DNA from: Deltaproteobacteria bacterium
GTDB taxonomy: Bacteria; Desulfobacterota; Binatia; Binatales; Binataceae
Assembly (NCBI GenBank): GCA_003161515.1
Contig: PMOH01000323.1
Location: 1-35,130, forward strand
Direction: 5' to 3'
Length of the DNA stretch: 35,130 bases
A program made the translations under genes and the position numbers. Positions 7,741 through 16,688 of this stretch are shown piece by piece; the first letter of the stretch is position 1, and the number at the start of each line of letters is the position of its first letter. The notes under the pieces are model-generated. The model saw only the letters and a program-made list of their open reading frames with translations, ran no database searches and was not told the origin of the DNA.

Positions 7741-9432
7741 CTAGTTCGATCCAGTCGAACCCAGCAAATTGCCGCCCAGCGTTGCGTTGCCGACTGAGAC
7801 GTCGCCGATCACGTTTATCAGCGCGGGCTTGCCTGACTTGAACGCGCGCTCGAGCGCCGGCTTGATCTGCTCGTTGGTCTCGACCTGCTCGCCATGACAT
7901 CCCATCTCGGCGAAAATTTTGTCGTAGCGGATGTTCGGCAGCATGTTGAACGGATCGGTGCGGCCCTTCAGCCCCGGCATCTGATCGAAGTTCGGGCCCC
8001 ACGAACTGTTGTTCCACAGCACCGTGATTACCGGCAGCTTGTAGCGCGCCGCAGTCTCCATGTCCCAGCCGCCGATTCCCAGTCCGCCGTCGCCGCTAAT
8101 CACGACGACTTGCTGGCCCGGCCGCGCGAGCTGCGCACCGATGCCCATCCCGACGCCGTGACCGACCGGCGCGAGCGGACCCGCGTCCACCACCTGGCCC
8201 ATGAAGCGGCAGGTGAACGCGCGGCTCATCCATCCCGACAGCGTGAAGCTGTCGATGACGGTGGTCGCGTTTTTGTCGAGCACGGTGATCAGATCTTCGC
8301 ACAGGCGCGCCGGATGTATCGGCTGATTCTTCGAGACCTTCGCGTTCTGCTCCTTGATCGTATTGTCGAAGCGCTGACGCGTCTCCCAGACCTGCTTGAC
8401 CCACGGCGAAGTTTTGTTCTTCGAGAAGTCGAGCTTGAGTTCCTTGATGCGCTTGATCATCTGTTGCAGCACGATCTTCGGATCGCCGACCATCGGCAGG
8501 TCCGCGTTCACCTGCCATCCGATTCGCGTCGGCGTCGGATCGATCTGGATGTACTTGGCCTTGTCGGTCCAGGTCGGCGGCTGTCCGAAATGCTCGCCGC
8601 TCCAGAAACGGAAGCCGATGGCGACTACCACATCGGCGCCGCCGGTGAACGGCTTCTTGAACGCGCCGCGAATCGCCAGCGGATGCTCTTCTGACACGAC
8701 GCCCTGGCCGGCGCGACGTGCGTAAATCGGGATGTTCGTCAGTTCGACGAACTCCCGCATCTCGGCGCCCGCCTGCGACCAGAACACGCCGTCGCCGCAT
8801 GCGATCAGCGGACGCTCAGCCGCCACCAGCATCTCGAGCGCGCGATCGATCTTCGCCGGGTCGCCCGCCGAGCGGACGTCGTCCATCGTAAATTCGCGCG
8901 CGCCCTTGCGCTGCCCCGAGTCTTCTTCGTGGTGATAGAGAATGTTCTGCGGAATCTCGAACAGCGCAACGCCCTGCGGCGGCGAGATGGCCTCGCGGAA
9001 CGCGGATCGCAGATCGAACTGGATCGTGGACCAGTCGGTCACCCGCTTGGTGAACTTCGAGAAGCTATCGACGACCTCGGAGCCGTAGGCCTCCTGGAAC
9101 GATCCGAGATGATCCTCGGTATTCGGATGCTGCCCCGAGATGCAGACCACGGCGCTGTTGGTCAGTCCCGCGACGCATAGTCCCGTCACTGCGTTGGTGA
9201 GACCGCATCCCGCGGTCACCATGCACACGCCGACTTCGCCCGAGGTGCGCGCGTACGCGTCGGCCGCGTAGGCGGTCGCCTGTTCGTGACGCATGTGGAT
9301 GAGCTTGATGTCGTGATTGCGCAACTGGCCGAGGATCGGAAACAGATGCCCGCCGTTGATCGCGAAACAATACTTCACCCGATTCTCGCGCATCACGCGC
9401 GCAATTAATTCTCCGCCGTCAGCTTTCGCCAT
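7741..9432 (-). CDS. Thiamine diphosphate-dependent enzyme, acetolactate synthase/oxalyl-CoA decarboxylase-like family, 563 aa
   Basis: The ATG at 9432 is preceded by AAGGAG. The N-terminal Pyr domain (RHEQATAYAADAYAR..GVCMVTAGCGLTNAVTG) and the C-terminal ThDP-binding motif GDGGLGIGGWDMETAARYKLPVITVLWNNSSWG are diagnostic for the family. Substrate cannot be inferred. Confidence 0.88.
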   Translation of the reverse strand: MAKADGGELIARVMRENRVKYCFAINGGHLFPILGQLRNHDIKLIHMRHEQATAYAADAYARTSGEVGVCMVTAGCGLTNAVTGLCVAGLTNSAVVCISGQHPNTEDHLGSFQEAYGSEVVDSFSKFTKRVTDWSTIQFDLRSAFREAISPPQGVALFEIPQNILYHHEEDSGQRKGAREFTMDDVRSAGDPAKIDRALEMLVAAERPLIACGDGVFWSQAGAEMREFVELTNIPIYARRAGQGVVSEEHPLAIRGAFKKPFTGGADVVVAIGFRFWSGEHFGQPPTWTDKAKYIQIDPTPTRIGWQVNADLPMVGDPKIVLQQMIKRIKELKLDFSKNKTSPWVKQVWETRQRFDNTIKEQNAKVSKNQPIHPARLCEDLITVLDKNATTVIDSFTLSGWMSRAFTCRFMGQVVDAGPLAPVGHGVGMGIGAQLARPGQQVVVISGDGGLGIGGWDMETAARYKLPVITVLWNNSSWGPNFDQMPGLKGRTDPFNMLPNIRYDKIFAEMGCHGEQVETNEQIKPALERAFKSGKPALINVIGDVSVGNATLGGNLLGSTGSN

Positions 9433-9709
9433 TACTGAGCTCCTTTTGAGGAAATCTTTCCCGCTCGCATCGAATCCTTGCACATTTACCGCGTCGCCGA
9501 AAAGCGCGCGCGCGTACATGACGATTCGTTCAGGAAATTCCTCGCAGCAAACGCGCCCGCAGGGTTGATCGCTGAGTGTAAGCCTGTCACTTTTGACCAT
9601 CGTTCGGTGCTGTGGGCTCGGAGGTATCCGAGCGCTTGGGTTGTGGGTGGCGGAGCGGCGGGAGAGTAGCCGAATGCTAAACGACAAGGCTTAATTTCAG
9701 GATCTCACC

Positions 9710-11059
9710 ATGCGGCGCATCCTCGCCTCCCTCATCTTAATCACAACTTTTGCGATTGTGGCCGCTACCGCACGCGCCGACTCATCGACCCCGGCCACGA
9801 CGTTAGCCACTTCGACGCCGCCCGCAACTGTTCCGACATCGTCGTCGTTCTCGTTGCTGGACCCCGGCACCTGGAGCATGCCGCATTACGACTGGCAATC
9901 ATTCAAAATCCAGGATCCCAACTCGTGGCCGTTCATCCCGGTGCCGGAAGTCGCGACCGACCCCAACGGCGGAGTCACTTACGGCGTGCTCCCGGTCTGG
10001 CTCTTCACCGACGACAAGAACGAGATCACCAGCATCTTTGCGCCCGATATCAACTCCAACAGCACGCTCGGACCGGGCGGCAACTTCCGGTACCTGGCCT
10101 ATCCCTCATCGGATACGAATTGGTATGCGGTCGCTGGTGCGCAGGAGACGATCGCGCGCGACGTCGATATCGATTATCAAACCGGGCGTCAGCACAAGAA
10201 GTGGTGGTCGTTCGAGGGCCGCTTCTTTTTCGAAAAAGATCCGACCGAGCGCTTCTTCGGAACCGGCAATCATTCTCACGAGGGAAACCAGAGCAACTAC
10301 ACGACCAAGCAAATCTACGGAGAGGCGATTTTCGGCATAAACTTCAGCGACCGGCTGCAGCTCTCGATGATGGAACGTCCGCGCTACGTGCGAATCGAGG
10401 ACGGCGGCTTCACTTCGGTGCCGTCAATCTTCAAGGAGTTCCCGCATGTGAAGGGCCTCAACGGGGGCAGCGAAGTTCTGTCGCAGTGGATGCTGCAATA
10501 CGACTCGCGCGACTCGGTGGATATCCCGCGCGCGGGCACGCTCGCCCGCGCCTATTACGGTGTTGCGGATCGGCGATTCGGCAGCTCGATTTCGTACAAC
10601 CGCTTTGGCGGAGAGCTGCGCCAGTACTACACCGTCGGAGAGCGCATCACGTTTGCCGGTCACGTATTTAACGAATACCAGCCGGTCAACGGCGAGATTC
10701 CATTCTGGTCGCAGGCGCGGCTGGGCGGCGACGAGAGCTTGCTGACCGATCAGGAAACCCTGCGCGGCTACGGCGCCGGCCGCTTCATCGACAACAACCT
10801 GTTCGTGATGAACGTCGAGATGCGCACGCGAGTGTGGGACAAGACCATCTTCGGCACCCACGGCATCTTCGAGCTGGCGCCGTTCGCCGAAGCCGGACGC
10901 GTCGCGCACAATTTGAGCTTCAACCCCTTCTCGGAGCTGCACCCGGTCGGCGGCATTGGCCTTCGCGCGATCGCGGAACCGTTCGTCGTCGGCTTCGTTG
11001 ACGTCGGATGGGGTGGCGAAGGCGCCGCCGTCTTCTCCGGCATCAACTATCCATTCTGA
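9710..11059 (+). CDS. Omp85/BamA-family outer-membrane beta-barrel protein without recognisable POTRA domains, 449 aa
   Basis: Signal peptide MRRILASLILITTFAIVAATARA, then a Ser/Thr/Pro-rich stretch. Barrel motifs typical of the bacterial surface antigen domain: LRGYGAGRF, NVEMR, GIGLRA. Terminal aromatic residue (..GINYPF). Confidence 0.8.
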   Translation: MRRILASLILITTFAIVAATARADSSTPATTLATSTPPATVPTSSSFSLLDPGTWSMPHYDWQSFKIQDPNSWPFIPVPEVATDPNGGVTYGVLPVWLFTDDKNEITSIFAPDINSNSTLGPGGNFRYLAYPSSDTNWYAVAGAQETIARDVDIDYQTGRQHKKWWSFEGRFFFEKDPTERFFGTGNHSHEGNQSNYTTKQIYGEAIFGINFSDRLQLSMMERPRYVRIEDGGFTSVPSIFKEFPHVKGLNGGSEVLSQWMLQYDSRDSVDIPRAGTLARAYYGVADRRFGSSISYNRFGGELRQYYTVGERITFAGHVFNEYQPVNGEIPFWSQARLGGDESLLTDQETLRGYGAGRFIDNNLFVMNVEMRTRVWDKTIFGTHGIFELAPFAEAGRVAHNLSFNPFSELHPVGGIGLRAIAEPFVVGFVDVGWGGEGAAVFSGINYPF

Positions 11060-11062
11060 TCG

Positions 11063-11102
11063 CGAACTCGACTACGAATTGCCCGAAGAGCTGATTGCGC
11101 AG
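11063..11102 (+). repeat. Orphan copy of the queA 5' coding end (left copy of a 40-bp direct repeat)
   Basis: 38 of 40 nt identical to 16709-16748 inside queA. Both mismatches (11084, 11090) are third-codon positions, so it still encodes ELDYELPEELIAQ. There is no start codon, and it begins 4 nt after the Omp85-like stop. Confidence 0.85.
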
Positions 11103-11117
11103 ATCCTGGAACGGCTC

Positions 11118-11139
11118 GGCAGGCACGGGCTTGCCTGCC
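11118..11139 (-). terminator. Stem-loop downstream of the giant secreted-protein gene
   Basis: GGCAGGCA (11118-11125) / TGCCTGCC (11132-11139) with a 6-nt loop, about 20 nt beyond the stop at 11161 on the minus strand. No clear U-tract. Confidence 0.35.
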
Positions 11140-11160
11140 CGTGATAGACGCGCGCTCCAG

Positions 11161-14100
11161 CTAAGGCCCAGTCCCCGTGAGCGCGATATTATGCGGACTC
11201 GTCGGATCGCTCCCGACGCTAACCGCAATACTGGCGCTCTCCGCCGATGGCCCCGCCGTCGGCGTGAACGTAATCGCGATCGTGCACGTCGAATTCGCCG
11301 CCATCGTACCGCCGCCGCACGTCCCGCCCGTCACCGCGAAGTCGCCCGCGTTCGGCCCCGTAGTGCTGCTCTCGCTAACCGGCAGCGCAAATGCCGACAG
11401 ATTAGTCACCGTGATGTCTTTCGTCTTCGTCGGCGTCCTTGCCGTCAGCGTGCCGAATGCCAGCGTACTCGCCGGGATCACCGTCGCCGGAATATTCTCC
11501 GCGGTGGTTAACGGAACCATATACGGCCCCAGCGTATCTGGGCTGTCCGCAACCGTCATCAGCGCCGACTCCGTCCCCAGCTGGGTCGGAGCGTAGGTGA
11601 CAATCAGTGTGCAAATCGATTTCGCCGCCAGCGTCGATGCTGGTGTCAGCGTCAGGCAAGTCCCGCCCGTGACGCTGAAATCTGATGCGTTCGGTCCGCT
11701 GAACCCCGGCGGCAGCGTCAGCGTGACCGCATTCGTCTGGAAATTGTGCACCACGAACGTCTTCAGCCTCGTGGATCCAATCTTCACGCTGCCGAATGCG
11801 TAGCCCATCGGCGCAACCGTCATGTCCGCTACGCCGGTGCCGCTTGCCGCCACGCTCTGCGGACTGCTCGACGCGTTGTCATTGACCGACAACGTCGCGC
11901 TATGCGGGCCGAGTGCGCTCGGCGTGAACCCGATCGCGATCGTGCAGGTGGCCAGATGCGCAAGTCCGCCGCCCGGGCACGTAGTCGCGCCCGTCGCCGC
12001 AAATTCAGGATCGTTCGATGTCACGTTGCCGACGAACAGCAGGTTCGCGCCGGTATTCTTCACCGTGATGTTCTTGGTTGCTTCGTCCCCGACCGGAACG
12101 TTGCCGAACGCGAGCGAAGCCGTCACCGTCAGCGTGGTCGTTGGCGTCGCGGTCGCAGTCGGTGTCGCCGTTGAGGTTGCACTCGCCGTGGCGGTCGCTG
12201 TCGCAGTATTCGTCGCCGTCGCGGTCGCCGTCGCCGTGTTAGTCGCCGTCGCGGTCGCCGTGTTCGTCGCAGTTGCGGTTGCGGTAGCTGTGTTCGTCGC
12301 GGTTGCGGTAGCTGTCGCGGTCGCAGTCGCGGTTGCGGTTGCGGTAGCTGTTGCGGTCGCTGTTGCGGTCGCGGTCGCCGTCGCCGTGGCAGTAGGAGTC
12401 GCGGTCTTGGTGGCGGTTGCGGTCGGCGTCGGGGTCGGCGCAGGCGCGCCCAAAGCGTAGAAGGCGCTGGACGCGCTTAAGAAGCCCTGCACCGCGCCGA
12501 AGTAAACGGTCCCATCGGCGCCGATCGCCGACGAAATTGACGCTATCTGTCCGCCCGAAAATACTTTCTCCCACTTCTTGGTGACGTCGCTTGGACCACC
12601 GTCGGTTAACGCGTAGTAGTCGCCGTTATCGTTGCCGACGAAAATGGTCCCGTCGCCGCCAACAACTGGCGCGGTCGCGACCTCATTGCCGGTCGCGAAT
12701 GCCCACTTCTTTGCCGCGCTGGCGCCGTTGTCAGTCAGCGCGACGACGTTGCCATTAAAGTCGCCAAAGTAAATGGTCCCGTCAGCGCCGATCGCTAATG
12801 CGGTCGACACATTGCCGCCGGCTGAGTCTGAGTAAACCCAATTCTGCGTGGGGGGAGTGCCCGAAGCGGGCATGCAGGTGGGGCAATAGGGACCGTTGTC
12901 AGTCACCGAGGCGATGTAGACAGAGTTGCTGACGTAGTAAATCGTCCCGTTGGCGCCGATCGACGGATTCCCCATCAATATCGCGTTAGGGATAGCCCAT
13001 TTCTCAACCGGGCAGGTGTAAGGGCTTCCGTTGTTTGGGCAGGTCGTGACTGTATTGGCCTCGATCGCGTAGTTCTCGATGTATATCGTGCTGCCGTCGG
13101 CGCTCAGCGCCGCATTTCCTGAAACCCCACGGAACTCCCACTTCTCTGCGGCAGTGCCAGCTCCGGTGCATGCGGCGACCGGGCTCCCGACACCGGTGCA
13201 CTCGACGACCGCCTGGAGTTCATTGTCAGCTCCTATGTAAATGGTCCCGTCGGGCCCGACCAGCGGTGATCCGCCGCCCGCCCCTAGATTTTCGCCTTCG
13301 AACGCCCACTTCAGGGTGCCGTCGGCAATGTTTAGCGCGTAGAGGTGGGCACCGGCGACGAAGTAGATCGTGTTGCCGTCGTTGCTGATCGCCGGCGAGC
13401 CTATCGGCGTATCGGAGGTGGCTAATGTGTACTCCCACTTCTGCGTGCCGTTGGGATTTAGAGCGAAGAACTGGAGGTTACCAACCGCGTGATTACCGAA
13501 GTAAATGATCCCGTTCGCGTCGATTACCGGCGCGACCAGCAAAAATCCACTCGGGGTTGAGACCGACCACTTAACCGCGCCCGTGTTGGTGCTGGTGTCG
13601 AACGGGCTTCGGCCCCTGCGCGCGTTATTGTATTGAAACGTCGGCCATACAGCCTGACTGACATCCACGTTCACGGGTTGCGATGGAATGCCGTTTGCGA
13701 TGACCTTCATCGTGACCGAACCCAGCAGCGATGTGACCGCCGGTACATCGAATTTAGTCGAGACCGGTGCGCTGCCCGTCGCGACTCCCATAGTGCTGTG
13801 GTCGTGAGTACGGAAATAAGAGACTTGTCCCGCGTTGTTGGTCACCTGCACCAATGGATAGTTAGTAGCACCCTGGTAGTCGTCTCCGTAGCCAACTGCC
13901 TGCGACAGGCCGTTGAACTGCGTGCCGGTCAGTTGGTAGGTCTTGCCGGGAGTCACCTGGACCGGGAAGTTGGTGATGGTCGGCTCCCATGCCGGATTGT
14001 AAGTACCCGCGGGCGTGTAGATCTCGACATCGCTGGTACCATCGGTCCACAGAACCTGGCCGCTGGGGAGCGGCAGCAGGCGCCCATTGAACGCTGGCTC

Positions 14101-15339
14101 ATTGGCCGCATTGGGAGGCGCGGCCACCGGCGTCAGGCTGGCCCCATCGAACTCGAAAAATTCGGCTACCCGTGACGTACAGCTGCCGTCCACCGGCGAA
14201 ACCGCCATCAGCACGTTGCCATCGGTAAGCAGCGCCGCCGGTGCATCCTCCGCAGCTAATTGCTCCGTCGTGTTGGTACAACTTCCGACAGTGATCGTGA
14301 TAGTCGGGAAACCGGGACCGGGGCTCCACAGACCGGTGATCGTGTCGTAAATGTCGTTGAAGCCGGTCGCTCCTTCATCGAAGAGGGTGCCGTCGGGACG
14401 CAATATGGCCGGTCCGATTTCGTCAGCCGAGATGTCGACCAAGGGATCCGGCGCGGTCCCGGTAACCTCCCAGTCCTGCTCGACCGGGTTATAAACCAGG
14501 GCCGGAGTTTCGGTAGTGTCAAGCGAGTTGTGATTCTGCATGGTCAGGACTTCGCCGTTAGGCAGCAGCGTCCACCCTTCCTCGTCATTGCCATGGTCTT
14601 CAGCGGACTTCCCCGGAGGGGTGAAAGGCGGGTTAAAAGTGGGCGGGTTCGTGTTGACGTCTAATGTGGCGACGTCAAAACCGAAGTCATCCGCGACCAT
14701 AAAGGTTCCGTCGTCCAGAACCACCGACGCGGCATCGCCTATCTTGGTCCATCCTGTGGGAGCCGTGATGCATGTCCAATTGTTGTGGACCGGATCGTAA
14801 ATAGCGCCTTGGTCGGTCCAGACCGTACCGCCAGTATTGCCTCCCATTGAATCGTAGTTGTAGTTGTATTCGCCGCCGACCATTACGAACCGGCCATCGG
14901 GCAAGACCGCCGACGCGTAGAACAGCGGGGAGTAAACCGTGTCCGCGGAAAAGTTGCCATTGGGGCAATTTGATGGCGCCGCCACCTGGCTCCATTGTCC
15001 ATTTATATAGCTGCCGGAATTGTCGGGGGTCAGCGTCCACCAGGCGACGTTAAGCAGGTTTCTATCTTCGGCCAGAATTCTGCCGTCGGTGAGCACGAAT
15101 ACGCTCTGGGGACCAAATGACGGCTGATTATTCAGCGGTGTCCAGGTGCCCGAGATTGCGCCGGGCGCGCCGAACCCACCAGAAACCTGCTCCGAAGGAT
15201 GCGGATGCGGCACCGGCTGCGCCAATTGTGCCTGCACCAGCCGCGGATTGTTCAACACCACAATCGCCAGTATCGCCAACCCAGCCGAGCCCAGGATCGC
15301 GATCGCGCCGACCCGCACTCTCCCCCACGATGCCTTCAT
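11161..15339 (-). CDS. Giant secreted/cell-surface protein, ~1392 aa
   Basis: The ATG at 15339 lies 6 nt downstream of GAGGAGG; a GTG at 15345 is also in frame. Domain order: (1) hydrophobic N-terminus VGAIAILGSAGLAILAIVVL. (2) A kelch/galactose-oxidase-like propeller ending in an E-set-type segment (PAWEPTITNFPVQVTPGKTYQLTG...NGIPSQPVNV). (3) About 8 repeats of the D-G-T-I-Y-F/I-G + KW type, as in PQQ/BamB-like propellers. (4) A ~105-aa (TA)n linker. (5) Three ~95-aa Ig-like repeats (LAFGNVPVGDEATKNITVKNTG...C..I..FTP...SGTG). Confidence 0.85.
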   Translation of the reverse strand: MKASWGRVRVGAIAILGSAGLAILAIVVLNNPRLVQAQLAQPVPHPHPSEQVSGGFGAPGAISGTWTPLNNQPSFGPQSVFVLTDGRILAEDRNLLNVAWWTLTPDNSGSYINGQWSQVAAPSNCPNGNFSADTVYSPLFYASAVLPDGRFVMVGGEYNYNYDSMGGNTGGTVWTDQGAIYDPVHNNWTCITAPTGWTKIGDAASVVLDDGTFMVADDFGFDVATLDVNTNPPTFNPPFTPPGKSAEDHGNDEEGWTLLPNGEVLTMQNHNSLDTTETPALVYNPVEQDWEVTGTAPDPLVDISADEIGPAILRPDGTLFDEGATGFNDIYDTITGLWSPGPGFPTITITVGSCTNTTEQLAAEDAPAALLTDGNVLMAVSPVDGSCTSRVAEFFEFDGASLTPVAAPPNAANEPAFNGRLLPLPSGQVLWTDGTSDVEIYTPAGTYNPAWEPTITNFPVQVTPGKTYQLTGTQFNGLSQAVGYGDDYQGATNYPLVQVTNNAGQVSYFRTHDHSTMGVATGSAPVSTKFDVPAVTSLLGSVTMKVIANGIPSQPVNVDVSQAVWPTFQYNNARRGRSPFDTSTNTGAVKWSVSTPSGFLLVAPVIDANGIIYFGNHAVGNLQFFALNPNGTQKWEYTLATSDTPIGSPAISNDGNTIYFVAGAHLYALNIADGTLKWAFEGENLGAGGGSPLVGPDGTIYIGADNELQAVVECTGVGSPVAACTGAGTAAEKWEFRGVSGNAALSADGSTIYIENYAIEANTVTTCPNNGSPYTCPVEKWAIPNAILMGNPSIGANGTIYYVSNSVYIASVTDNGPYCPTCMPASGTPPTQNWVYSDSAGGNVSTALAIGADGTIYFGDFNGNVVALTDNGASAAKKWAFATGNEVATAPVVGGDGTIFVGNDNGDYYALTDGGPSDVTKKWEKVFSGGQIASISSAIGADGTVYFGAVQGFLSASSAFYALGAPAPTPTPTATATKTATPTATATATATATATATATATATATATATATATATNTATATATATNTATATATNTATATATATNTATATATASATSTATPTATATPTTTLTVTASLAFGNVPVGDEATKNITVKNTGANLLFVGNVTSNDPEFAATGATTCPGGGLAHLATCTIAIGFTPSALGPHSATLSVNDNASSSPQSVAASGTGVADMTVAPMGYAFGSVKIGSTRLKTFVVHNFQTNAVTLTLPPGFSGPNASDFSVTGGTCLTLTPASTLAAKSICTLIVTYAPTQLGTESALMTVADSPDTLGPYMVPLTTAENIPATVIPASTLAFGTLTARTPTKTKDITVTNLSAFALPVSESSTTGPNAGDFAVTGGTCGGGTMAANSTCTIAITFTPTAGPSAESASIAVSVGSDPTSPHNIALTGTGP
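12137..12452 (-). repeat. Coding low-complexity tandem repeat: (Thr-Ala)n with periodic Asn/Pro, 6-nt periodicity
   Basis: The plus strand reads GTCGCn/GTTGCG hexamers almost without interruption. It translates on the minus strand to PTPTPTATATKTATPTATATATATAT...TNTATATATATNTATATAT. ATNTATATAT-type higher-order units recur 4 times. Confidence 0.9.
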
Positions 15340-15469
15340 CAGCACCCTCCTCGACGAGACTCACTGATCATGGAACCCCCTGCGATGCTGGTGAAGGCGA
15401 ACTAATTGCTGTGCCAAGGCCCATCTCCACCCGTCGTGGACGATAACGACGAGTCAGATTTCGCGGCAA

Positions 15470-15485
15470 TACGTAGTTTGACGTA
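15470..15485 (+). promoter_or_regulatory. Candidate operator/-35 element TACGTAGTTTGACGTA upstream of the LuxR-type regulator gene
   Basis: Inverted half-sites TACGT/ACGTA flank a 6-nt spacer, and TTGACG (15478-15483) is -35-like with CACAAT 18 nt downstream. A near-identical 16-mer sits in the same orientation upstream of the paralogous regulator (30400-30415). Confidence 0.3.
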
Positions 15486-15539
15486 TATGCGACTTAAGGC
15501 GCACAATCCGCGTGGCTGATCCGGGACCCGGGGGGATTC

Positions 15540-16613
15540 ATGTACCGCTACACGCGCAATGACTTCGATCGCGTGCTTGAGTTCGTCAGAGGCCTCTATG
15601 AGCCTCGAAGCCTTGGCGCGTTCAGCGACCATTTGCTCTCCTCACTCCGCACGCTCGTCCCCTCCGTGTTCAATGGCGTAGTATCGGTTGAAGTCAGGAA
15701 TGCTCAGCAGGCCTGGACCACGCGCACCAACCCCCCTGAGTTTGTCTCCCCGGAACTTGACGAAATTGCCACGCGCCATGTGCCTGAGAGCGCGATCTTC
15801 AGCCACTTCGAGCGCACTGGTTGTCAGCAATTCACGCGATGGTCCGACATACAGCCATTGTCACAATTTCTGCGCACTGCGCTTTACAACGATGTGTATC
15901 ACCAGTTGGGGGTCAAAGATTGTTGCTCATTGATCTCGCACTCCAGTCCCACTCGGCTCGAAATCGTAGGAGTCACTCTGCACAAGCAGATTCCCGATGC
16001 GCACCGGGACGTCCTCGTCTCGATTTCGCCGCACTTGCGCCAGGCCTTTCGCCTCGCGCATACCAGCTCGGCGCTAATCGAAATGGCGGCCATGAAAAGC
16101 GGTCCGAATGGCTCCGAACGCGGCATCGTGGCGATCGACCCGGACGGTACCATCACGATGGAAACCCCGGGCGCGACCAGATCGCTAGAGAAGTTTTTCC
16201 CGAAACGAACCGCACGAGGCTTGCCCGAGCCGTTGGCCCAGTGGATATCGCAATCGGACGACACGCTTCGAAAGTCCACCGACGTTCCGAAGGTTCGGCG
16301 TCCGTTTGTGATCGAGCAGCCTGGCAACCGCCTGACCGTCCATCTGCTCTCCAGGCCCGCGCAGAATTTCCTGCTGTTCGAAGAACGTCCGTGGGCGATC
16401 GATCCCGCCGCTCTCGCAAGTCTTCCGTTGACCCATCGTGAGTCAGAAATCCTGGCCTACGTCGCAGCCGGCAAAACCAATTTCGAGATTGGGATTATCC
16501 TCGGCATCAGTTCGCGCACCGTCGAGAAACACATCGAGCACATCCTGGATAGCCTCGGCGTCGAAACCCGCACCGCCGCCGCCGCATCCGCCCTCGAAGC
16601 CGCCAACCTATGA
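15540..16613 (+). CDS. LuxR/FixJ-type HTH transcriptional regulator with a long uncharacterised N-terminal sensor-like domain, 357 aa
   Basis: C-terminal LuxR HTH LTHRESEILAYVAAGKTNFEIGIILGISSRTVEKHIEHILDSLGVETRTAAAA. No receiver or autoinducer-binding motif recognised in the N-terminal ~290 aa. Divergent from the giant gene. Paralogue of 29281..30366. Confidence 0.85.
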   Translation: MYRYTRNDFDRVLEFVRGLYEPRSLGAFSDHLLSSLRTLVPSVFNGVVSVEVRNAQQAWTTRTNPPEFVSPELDEIATRHVPESAIFSHFERTGCQQFTRWSDIQPLSQFLRTALYNDVYHQLGVKDCCSLISHSSPTRLEIVGVTLHKQIPDAHRDVLVSISPHLRQAFRLAHTSSALIEMAAMKSGPNGSERGIVAIDPDGTITMETPGATRSLEKFFPKRTARGLPEPLAQWISQSDDTLRKSTDVPKVRRPFVIEQPGNRLTVHLLSRPAQNFLLFEERPWAIDPAALASLPLTHRESEILAYVAAGKTNFEIGIILGISSRTVEKHIEHILDSLGVETRTAAAASALEAANL

Positions 16614-16688
16614 GTTCTGCCGACAAGAACAGTTTCCGGCTGCACATAGCGCGCGCGCTCCCGGGCTGGTATCTGAGAGGAGTCTGCT

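Noticed and set aside
9433-9687. 85-codon N-terminal extension of the ThDP-enzyme ORF (ORF track 7741..9687).
   Set aside because: The family-typical N-terminus begins at the Met at 9432, which has a strong AAGGAG RBS. The extension is Arg/Ser/Pro-rich and looks like translated 5' UTR.
10956-11144. 62-aa ORF containing ELDYELPEELIAQ.
   Set aside because: Its first part overlaps the Omp85-like gene in another frame. The queA-like segment is only a 40-bp relic, so it is treated as a repeat or relic and not a gene.
12137-12452. A regular short-period repeat that could superficially suggest a CRISPR array or non-coding satellite.
   Set aside because: The period is 6 nt with no unique spacers, and it lies in frame inside a long ORF encoding a (TA)n linker. 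It is not a CRISPR array.
11822-12460. 212-aa plus-strand ORF rich in VAVAVAV repeats. Similar shadow ORFs occur at 28613-29209 and 31931-32434 on the minus strand.
   Set aside because: These are antisense readings of the Thr/Ala coding microsatellites inside well-supported genes. They have no independent start context or domain content.
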